From Camelus dromedarius (Eukaryota), in assembly GCF_036321535.1 (NCBI RefSeq), contig NC_087436.1, forward strand, positions 99,698,001 through 99,762,000: a stretch of 64,000 nucleotides of DNA, given 5' to 3'. This document shows positions 1 to 9,992 of this stretch, in pieces. The notes under the pieces are model-generated. The model was not told where the DNA came from, made no database searches, and was given only the letters and a program-made list of their open reading frames with translations. How positions within the stretch are numbered: the stretch's first letter is position 1; each line of letters begins with the position of its first letter. The position numbers and the translations under genes were made by a program.

Positions 1-1096
1 ACTCCCCCCATATCGTTTTATAGTTTTCATTCTCTTCCTAGCCTTGAATTCTTCAGTTATATGTTTGTTTTTAAGTACATTTCTCTCTCACTGAAGCCAG
101 AGCTCCTTCCTTTAATTATCTACCACCCAGTCTGCTTACCCAACACTCCCCCAACCTCACCTTTTTTCTTCTGATCTTCTAGTAACGTCCAGTATCCTGG
201 ATACTGGATCCCACTTCCCAAAGCACATCACAGTCTGAGGAGGACTTTAAAGGATCTCTTTAATTTCCTTTACTTATATGTAATGTCAAAGTCTCCTACC
301 ACACCACCTGCACCCACACACATGCAAAACAAGCTTGCATTTACCCTTAGCACTCAAAATCAGCCTTTTCAAGTCTGCACATTTTGACTTCTTGACTAGA
401 GCATGTGAATCCTGTGTGTTATATTTTATCCCTAACTGACCATGACATAAAAGAATGTGGATGAATATATTCAGTAAGGTCATCTTAGTTTTTACTGGCC
501 ACTAGAATTCTTCAGTTCCTATATTCATAATTTATACTGTGGATGGGTATGGTGGGGGCACAGAAGGACCCCACAGGTATCTGACAAGATTGCTTTGCTA
601 GCCTGGGTTTATAGTATTCTTAGATTCCCCACTATGCTAGTCCATGAAATGATGTATTCCTTAAAACTGCGACAAAGTCTGTATTAGAGTTTAATCAAAT
701 TTTGTAAGAATATTATAAACAATGTGAATTTCCTTTGTGAAGTACTTTTTTCCTGTTAAAACCTTCTTGTTTCATGCCAAGTAGCTATGGATAGATTGAA
801 CAGGCATTTCATAGTTCCTTAAACAGTCAGTTACATCGCAATATGCAATCTGTTTCAAGATAAATGCTAGCAGTATGGATGGTTTTTCCTAATACCCTAA
901 GGCAAGAATGTTATTTAACCACACATGCTCAATGTACATATATCTTTGTGCTTTCAAATAGTGACCCCTGCCTTTGTCAAGTTTGTGTTACTCTTATATT
1001 ATTCTTTAAAATGTATTTTTACTAGCAAATATTTTTGAAATTACTGTGAACTAAATAATAAAAAGTTTTAGAGGATCTACATGCACATATTTTGCA

Positions 1097-1268
1097 TATA
1101 TAACATCTAATTCTCATATAGTTCTGAAAGGTAGGTGTTATTATGCATATTTTCTAGTTAAACTGAGTCTCTGAGTTGAAATATTTAACTCATAATAACA
1201 TGACTAATGAAAAGTAGAAATAGGGTTGCAAACCATATTTGTCTGACTCCAAAGTTTACTTCCACTCC
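1097..1268 (-). mobile_element. MIR SINE fragment
   Basis: Degenerate match to the MIR antisense core (aggtaggtgttattat...aaactgagtctctgagttgaa...gtctgactccaaagt). Confidence 0.75.
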
Positions 1269-2458
1269 TCAACAATTTAACTCTTATTTGCAAAAAGAAA
1301 AACATATAATCACATTTAAGCCTGTATATTATTTTGTCCCCCTGTTATTAATGTACTCAATGATTCATTCAGAGCTAAGTATCAACTGGTATTTTTTAAG
1401 CCACCATGCTGATGTACTCTGAAATGTTTCAAAATGAGTTTGCCCTACAACTGAACACTTTATCCCTGTATCATTTTTTCTCCAAGTACAAGGTTATACT
1501 GACATTTACTATCCATTTTACAAGAAAAGGATTTAAAGAGGCTATTTGCATATTTTCTGATTTACCTGAGAGTTAGAAGTTCCCTACTGTTAGTCACTTG
1601 AAATGACACTTTTTTTCTTCATAATACTTTCTGGTATACACTTCCTGCCATTTCATTAAGGGTGAATCACCTTCTCATTACACATTTCAGGGGATAAAAT
1701 GAAGATCTGTAAGATGGGGCATATGCAGGTGAAGATTCAGGCAAAGGCAATGAATGTTGTGCTCTAAAGAAAGTCATTCTTGCCACTACTGATGTAATTG
1801 AGAATTTTAAATTGAAATAAATATCTTATTTCCTATACATCACCAAAATTATAATAACATTCTCTGAAAATAATTAAGAATATGTAAGTATTATGAAAGT
1901 TCATTTATTAAATGCTAAATAATTTAAATGTTACTTAATTTTTACTTAATGTTAACTGATGCTATTATAGAGAGACAAGAACATGACTTCATCAGTGATT
2001 TACCATGATTATTATCAACTTCTCTGCAATTATCATTAACAAATAACCTCTTATGGTTTAACCAGATATAATGTACAATACACTCAACAATTGTGCTATC
2101 TCATATTTTAAGCTTACATCCATAAACAGTTAAATTCATATTAAATACCAAATTAAAAAAATCCAATTCTTATCCCTATTAAATCAAGAAAATATCCATG
2201 AAGATATTATATTTTTAATTAACTTTAAAGAGAAATATTTGTTAAAATTTCTGGATTAAAAAAACAATGAAAATCTAACACCAATATAATAATACATTCA
2301 TCACTCTAATAAGTTGTTTAATAAACTAAACCCTATTAAGTCACAGAGGTTTTTGTAGGTGACTGAAATAAGTAAATGCATTTTAGAAAAAATAACCAAT
2401 GAGAATGTAGAAAGGACTAGGTTATGGAAATAAAAGTACTAGAGAGATACACTTATTT

Positions 2459-2672
2459 GCCAAAGCAATTTTGAGAAAGAACAAACCTGGAAGTATCACA
2501 CTCCCTGAATTCAAACTATACTACAAAGCTATGGTAATCAAAACAGTATGATCCTGGCCAAAAAACAGAACAGAGAGACCATTGTATAAAAATATTGAAA
2601 CACTATGTTGTATACCTGAAACTAATGTATTATAAGTAAACTATACTTCAATTAAAAAATAGAGAAAAAAAA
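2459..2672 (+). mobile_element. L1 fragment: ORF2 piece joined to the extreme 3' tail
   Basis: 2462-2548 reads [29 protein letters not shown], a typical L1 ORF2 segment. It is followed by ...cactatgttgtatacctgaaactaat...ctatacttcaattaaaaa, an L1 3' end, and an A-rich tail. Confidence 0.85.
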
Positions 2673-2809
2673 GAACTTAATAGATAAATTGTATGATTAA
2701 ACTAACACAAATCAATATAAGAATACATAGCCACTTAGGGATAAGACCACAGAATTAAAATGAGAGTATTTGGGAATAGTAATATTAGATAGGGACTGCA
2801 AAGTAGAAA

Positions 2810-3350
2810 AATTGAAGGAGTGGAAGACCTATGATGCCCAAGTCAAAAGAGTTTTAAGACTAAGAGACTGGCCTAATTGATTAATTGTTTAAAAGGTAAT
2901 GTCAGATGAGAGTGTGTATTAAATTTGCAATTATGATGTGATTCTCAATATTTTATAGCTAAGTATAACGATAAGTGTAAGCCATATTTCACAGGGGTAG
3001 TGAATACATGAAAGAAAGAGAAAGAAAGAAAGAAAGAGAGAAAGAAAGAAAGAAAAAAAGAAAGAGGGAGGAAGGAAGGAAGGAGAAAACCCTATATAGT
3101 ATAAATACTGCTATTTCAAGAAGTCTAATACTGAAGAGAAAGAAAAAAAAAGATATAGTAGCTACTGCTAAAGGACAATCAAGAGTAGATTTTTTTTTCT
3201 TTCTTTTTAATAGGTGAAACAAGCATGTGTTTAGATTGAAAGGAAATAAATAAAAAATGGAAAGTAGCTCTGGGAAAGGTAAGAGAAAAGATATATCTGA
3301 AGGAGGAGGTTCTGGAGAAGGTGAGAGGGAATGGAGTCAGAAAGAAAGTG
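2810..3350 (-). mobile_element. L2 LINE fragment interrupted by a purine microsatellite
   Basis: Degenerate L2 antisense motifs (tttcaagaagtct...gtgaaacaagcatgtgttt...ggagaaggtgagagggaatggagtc). Confidence 0.65.
3010..3086. repeat. (GAAA)n/(GGAA)n purine microsatellite
   Basis: Visible directly; it also explains the ORFs 2989..3222 and 3008..3217. Confidence 0.95.
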
Positions 3351-4499
3351 AAATTGTGGTGGGAACACTCTTAAAATATCTGTGGATAGTGATCAGGACG
3401 TGGGTGAAGCAGGTAAATATGGTCAGATTTGTTTAGGAAATAACTTTAATTGAACAAACATAACTCTTTGGCACCATGTAGGGGGAGTTGAAAGGAGATG
3501 ATTTCTAGAAATACGGTAGCTCTGGTAGAAGGTTATTACTCATTGTCTCTGCCACCTCTGAAAGAGCTGACTGTAACTCACCTTAATAAGAAATACGTAT
3601 TTGTACTTATTCTGAGAAATATTTTTACTTATTTTTAATTTTTGGAGGTTGTGATAAAGTTTATATGTTTTACCTGAGACATTGAGTTTGTAAACAATAG
3701 GAATCTTTATATCAATCATGTATAGGAGGCCAGACAAGTCATTTATCACAGAAGATTTCTCCAAATCATTATTTAAAGATAAATGTTTCACCAAAGTTAC
3801 TTGAATAGATCTCTGAAACCCTGTATTCTACACCTCCTTTTCAATACATCATCCATTATTTTTTCTTCAAGTAAGTTCTAGTATTTGAGCTTTTCTCTAA
3901 AGAATGATAATTTTTATAGAGATACCTACACCTAACTTATTATTCCTTTCATTTTTGCTTTATAATACATTGAATTCACATTTTGCATTTCTCAAAAATA
4001 TCTATATCTTTTTTTAAAATGTAAGGTATTTTGATATACCTTTCAATAACATTAAAGACAAAACAATTTATGAAGAATATACCTCTAGAGCATAGGTCAA
4101 ATTCCAGTCAAGACTTTGTATTGGGACATACAATTGGTACTTGAGTTTATATTGAATATAAAAATTTAAATAGAAATTTATTGTTTAAATGAAAAATTAG
4201 TTCATTTATTTTTTTCCCAATTGGATCCTCACTACAGATACTAGAAATAAGAATTTGATTTCATAGGTTTTCATAGTTGGTAGCAGTAGCTGAGTCCTAG
4301 GATCAGACTTAAACCCCTTACTTTTTTCCAAAGTTATTGTTATAAAGCAAATGTTGCTCATAATTTCTATTAATTATTAGAGTACCATTGAATAAACAAG
4401 GTTTACACTCAGAAACATTATTTTAAAATATGTTAAAACATGTCCTTAGGTGTAAAGAAATACATTTTCAAACTGTTATTTGACAATATAGAAAAGAAG

Positions 4500-4680
4500 T
4501 TGAAAAATATGAGCTGAGTTTTGAGTTGGTAGGGAAAGTCTTCACTGAGTGTTCCAAACTGAGCTGAGATCAGAAAAAATTAGAATTTGATTAGGTGGAA
4601 ATTCAGAGTTGGAAAAAGAAGGCAAGTAATAAGAAAAAGCCTGTAAACACAGAAGCAGGGAGAGTGTAAGGTGGCCTAAT
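4500..4680 (-). mobile_element. L2 fragment
   Basis: ggtagggaaagtcttcactgag...tgagctgagatc resembles the L2 3' region in antisense. Confidence 0.6.
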
Positions 4681-4831
4681 CCATGTATGTGTGTTATTCA
4701 CACAGATAACATTTGAGGGTGATGCTTAGCTATGCAAAACATCTGACTGATAAGAATCTATAATACTACCCCTTCCTTCTTGTTCCCAATGTGACTTACA
4801 CTTGCCTCTATTTCTAAGGTCACCTCTAATT

Positions 4832-4961
4832 GAGATCCTTCCAGCTAAAGTTTAACTACTTTCAATAAAAGAGAACTAACAAGAGTACTTCCCAGAGAGA
4901 ATCAGACTGCTTGTAGAGGTAGTACTTCAACAAATAATTTCCCATTATACACAGTACAAAT
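4832..4961. repeat. Diverged local duplication, copy 1 (partner 6161-6295)
   Basis: Manual alignment shows shared blocks caataaaagag, aca.gagtact, tgctt, gtagtacttcaa, ttata.acagta.aaat; roughly 70% identity by eye. Confidence 0.85.
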
Positions 4962-5330
4962 TTGCAAAGATATAACTGGTAAATATTTTTTTCTTGAAAT
5001 ATCTGAGAATTTGTGCATTTAAAAATTTTCAAGATGTATTTTTTTTTCTCTAATAGCATTGAATCTTTGTGGAATAAAACAGGATATGCATACATGATAT
5101 ACACACATAAATAAAAACACTTAAGAAATTTGGTCAGATGGAAGAGAATTTTGCCATTAGAATTATTAATTTCACAAGACCCACTTACACTGATGATTGA
5201 ATTCTGTTATTTAAACTTGATCACTCAGGTGGCCTGGGACATCTTACTGCTGTGTTTATAATTAGCATAGTAAATGTTAATTAGGAAAAAATTGTGAATG
5301 TGGAGGGCATGTATATATGTGTGCATGGAT

Positions 5331-5357
5331 TATCTATCTGTCTGTCTGTCTGTCTAC

Positions 5358-5423
<66 letters not shown>

Positions 5424-5430
5424 ATCCATC
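5331..5430. repeat. Compound (TCTG)n(TCTA)n tetranucleotide microsatellite
   Basis: Visible directly. Confidence 0.98.
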
Positions 5431-6160
5431 TTCTATCAGTAAAAGAGAGATTAGAGTGAATTAAGTTAGTGCTGCTCCCTCTCTCCACCCTCCCAATCCT
5501 CATTTCTTTATCTGAGGGCTTGGTAACTCATCAAATTGGATTTCAAGTGTACCTTCTCCCCCTGGAAGAAATAATCATAGCTTATATCCAGTTCTCAAAA
5601 GGATCTTCCAACAAGGCTAAAAACTACTGTTGTTACTGTTTCAGAATTACTAAAGGCATAAAAATCAGTTACGTTAACTAGGAGAAAATATGTCATTTTT
5701 GTTTCTGATGACCCAACTAAAATGATGATTAGAAAATATGTTATCTATTCACATATAAGAGAAACGGATACAGCAAAATTATTCCTAAATTTTAAATTAA
5801 TTACTTTCCTGAATTAATAAAACTTAACAGAATAAACAGCATTTTTATTTCTTAACCAAAACTGAAAGGGAGGGGGTTGGGGGAGGCAGTGAGGAGAAAG
5901 AAAAGAAGTAAACTTTCTTTTTTAATGGCAGAATAGTTCCAAACTCCTGTTAGATGTTATCTTCGTAATTGTTCTTTGGAGCTGAAACATAAAGGACAAC
6001 ATTTTCCAGCCATTTACAGAAATTCAGCTGCCCTGGGTATATTATTTGGAGTCAGCTTTAAAAGAGGTAATTTCCATCAGGTTTGATTCCTACTAGAAGG
6101 TCTCTCTCTATTCTCAAATCAGATTGACTCTCCCCTTAGAAAGCAAAGCTTTTAACCTTG

Positions 6161-6295
6161 CAGATCTCATCCAGGAGCCAAAGATCAACCACTACCAATA
6201 AAAGAGGATTCACAGGAGTACTCCTCCATAGAGATCCAGGTTGCTTCAAGAGTAGTACTTCAAACAAGTAATCTACTTTTATAAACAGTATAAAT
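6161..6295. repeat. Diverged local duplication, copy 2 (partner 4832-4961)
   Basis: Same alignment as copy 1, same orientation. Confidence 0.85.
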
Positions 6296-6664
6296 AAAAC
6301 AGAAATAGGAAGAAGTTCACAGACTTAACAGCATTTCGCTTTTTTACGGCACTCTGGATATTTTATTTTATTTTATGCAGGAGGTCTGCAAGCTGTTACA
6401 GTTGCTTAAATATGGGAAGTCTCCGAGCTGTTCAGGTGCAATTCAGATAAGTCAAGTGTTACTCCCCATTGGAGGCTTTATTTAAGACATAGCCTCAAGG
6501 TGGTACTTTACTGTCTAACTTGAAGTTGGTAGCTCTTTATGGGACATCTACTTTAAAAGATTAGAATACTAATGATTTCTTAATAAATATCATAAGTTAA
6601 TATTGACCAAAAGCTTTGTGTATTTTACCTACATCAGAACTTACCAAGTGGATTTCAACAATGT

Positions 6665-6821
6665 ATTGAATGACTTCAGTGAGCCCTTGATATGCTAATG
6701 TGTATGAAAATCTTCAAGTGGTATAGCACATGGGTCTCCTAAATTCATTCAGGACAAACACATTTTTTGTAGAGCATCTCTCAGGACATACATTAATGTA
6801 GTAAAACTTTTGGAAACACTG
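6665..6821 (-). mobile_element. hAT-Charlie MITE, MER103C-like
   Basis: gagcccttgatatgctaatgtgtatg, ttttttgtagagcatctc and the terminal tttggaaacactg match MER103C in antisense. Confidence 0.75.
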
Positions 6822-6869
6822 ACGTCCATTACATTATTTGAGAATTCATACAACACAAAGTTCGAGTAA

Positions 6870-6975
6870 AAATGATGAAAGAGGCAAAGAAAAGTCTACT
6901 CACTTACCCGTCTCTGGCATGTTGTTGATGGTAGAACTCTGACTAGAATTAGAATCCGAGTTGAACACCCCTCTC
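6870..6975 (-). mobile_element. MIR/MIR3 remnant
   Basis: cacttaccc...gttgatggtagaactctgactagaa resembles MIR antisense gacttgccc...gttagtggcagagctgggactagaa. Confidence 0.5.
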
Positions 6976-9919
6976 ATAATATTTTGCCTTTAGGAAATTA
7001 TTACAGCTCCCAATGATACTCTCTGGAGTGGAAGATATAACTAAAATTTCCAGTCATTACCAAATCACCCCAACAGAAATGATCATTGATTTTTATCTAT
7101 TCTTTTTAATTCCAGAGCCTCATGTTATGTAAAACTGTAATGCCTAATTACTCTTTTATGCCAGTAAAGCCACATGATATTAAACATTTAAATCCCAACT
7201 GAAAAATTCAGTAAAATAAACAGCTATTTCCAGAAACATGTATTTTTACCCAAGTAATAAGAATTTCTGATAGATTAACTGAGTTTTACAGTATTCCTCT
7301 GAATAATCAGGATCTTTGTCACTACATAGACATCTTTTAAAATTGCATTAAATTTCAATTTAACTAGTTCTTCGATTCAGCACTAATTAGTTAAATATCT
7401 GCTACTTGATAATGGGACAGATCCTGTCCACAGAGAGCTTTCACAGGACTGGGTCCAGTTTACCTGTCTGCTATTTTCTAGCCATCCAACATAAAACCAA
7501 TATTCAAAATGTGTCCTTTAAATCAATATTTTAAGATCAAATTGAATCTCAAATGAATCGAGTGCTTTTTAAACTGTTTACTTCTATGATGAATTCCATT
7601 GGAAACAACCAACCAGAAAAAAATTTTGCATTTTCACTATGCAATTCAATGAGAACGCAAAAAGCTATATGTTTAGATTGGAAATCAACATGTGTCTCAT
7701 GAAAGAAGTGGCTAATTGGTTTGATTAAATGAATTATCTTGCACATTATATTTGCATATAAGCCACACATCTGTCAACTACCAGTGAGGATAGAGAGGAT
7801 CTTGGTGAACTGAAGAAAAAATGGTGATAGATAAATGACCTAGATAGACAAGCTCACTTCTGCACATTACTTCACATTCAAACTGACTTCAACAAAATTC
7901 CTTGAGGAAAGATTTAAATTAGTTCTTTGTGACCTAACATATGATTAAAACTTTGTCATAATTTGATAAGCCTGAAATTATCTCTGCAGAAACATTAACT
8001 GAAAATATCACCACACTTGGATAGTTACTCTGTTTTAACATCAAGAAAATAGCTATGGCATTTAAACATTTCAGCTCACAACACCAAATTTGTATTGACA
8101 TACCTATAATTTTATGATGAATCTAGATACAGTATACAGTTTCGTCATCCTTAATAAATCATTTCTTTTTGCTTGTTTAAAAATGATAGGTAGTTATATT
8201 TTACAAAGAAACTGATGCCAGGTGCTAAAAACAGGTGTGATGCAACCTAAGAGATACATAGAGGCAAAATACCTATCTTCAACAAGATTTTTTTTTTAAA
8301 GTGTAAATGCTGTCATTTTATCTAAAACCATCAACTCCACAATTAAGGTACCTTTAACATATTATATGCTCCTAAAATGATATTTAATGTATAATAGTTC
8401 ATTATATTTACATATATATTATCCACTATATATGTATTACTATATTATGTGTCAGTATAATATACTTTAGGTAATAATTATATTTTGGGTGTTCAGAATA
8501 CATTCTATTTTTAAGGAGATGAAGCTGCATGTTCAAACTCTGTCAGTAAAATTAAAATCAAAGTCCCACTGATTTCTGCTTGATCTGGTCCAAAGAAATA
8601 GTCATCTGCATAATTTCAGTGAGAATCTTTTCTTGATCTCCGAGAAATAATTCACCCAGATAATTTCACATGTCACAACCTGACAACTTAGTGAAGACAC
8701 AGATTTTTACAAAAACGTTTTTAAAGCTGCTTTAAAATTGCTTCTGATTTTCTTAAATTACTATATCCTACTGTAATGAAGCTGTGATAAGAGCTGTGAT
8801 AATTTCCTATCTTTCAGAACTATACACACAATGGAAGAAAGTGGAAGTAAATCTCCAGCAAGAATGCTGTGAGAGAGTTAATGCTTTACTTTAAGTTTGC
8901 TGAAAATACCACTTATTCTATCTTGGAAGTTCAATATGGTGACATGAATTAAACTGAGGCTCAAAATGCCTATGAAATTTTCTTTCTTTTTTTTTTTTTT
9001 TAGTTCATGACAAAACATATTCTCTCATGAATTCACTTTAATTTGGAACAATTTTATTTTTGAAAAATTTACAATATGTATTTAACTTTTTGCCTACTGT
9101 ATGTCACATGTAATAGTTGCTCTGTATAAAACTAACAGCTTTCTTAACAATATTGTGTAATGAGATTGATCTCAGATGCCCTGAAGCCAACATCTTTGGA
9201 TTCTTTATTCATCAACATCTATTCGGTTTAGCCAGGAGAAGAGTATACGCTGAACTGTAGGAGAAACCTCTTATAAATAAGAATACCACGTATAACATGT
9301 CTTTATGAAATGGAAACTTAAATCTAAGTTATCTTCTGTTTTTGAAGGGAAATTAATGTTCATTAATATTCAAGGAAAAGAATTATTTTCTCCTAAAACA
9401 TATAGACATAGATAAATATTTAGGCTTGTATTTAAGGATTCTTATATAATCAAATCTTGAGTTTCTGCAATTGTTGAGGAAATTATTCACATGGAGAGGC
9501 CTAAAACAGGCTTATTTTCCAAAACAGTGTAAGTAGCAATAAACTGTTGACAAAGTCAAATAAAGTTGTCATCAGGGGATGACATTCTAATAGTTAACTT
9601 GGGGCCAAGTAGTGTGTACCTTCTCACTGTCACTCTTAATGCCAGGCAAACTGTATTGTTTCAGTTTCATGAATGATACAAATAATCATTTTGGAGAATG
9701 GACTCTATGTAAATACTGTGTATAATTTGTAGAGTTAGAAATATAACATAGCTATAAGTTATGTTAGTATGAAATAAATCTTTCTACTAAGATTTTTTAC
9801 AGTCTGTGATCTTAATCAAACTCATCTATTTAGGACACATGCTGAGGGGTCAATAAAATCTTTGGTGAAGGTTATATTCTTTAAGATAAGTTCTGCCCAG
9901 GATCTCTTAAGTTCAGGAG

Positions 9920-9992
9920 ATTCATTCATGTATTACTTTAAATTACTTTAGTAGATTTAGTTAAATTTATTGAGCAGCCTCTAGGTACAGGC
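9920..9992 (-). mobile_element. L2 3' tail
   Basis: attcattcat...aaatttattgagcagcctctaggtacaggc. Confidence 0.6.

Noticed and set aside
2989..3222. Charged and Phe/Ser-rich ORFs on both strands
   Set aside because: These are translations of the (GAAA)n microsatellite.
6230..6920. Rab-like motif in the hypothetical spliced peptide MPET|DYLFEVLLL
   Set aside because: No P-loop (GxxxxGK[ST]) or other G motifs follow, and the acceptor is weak.
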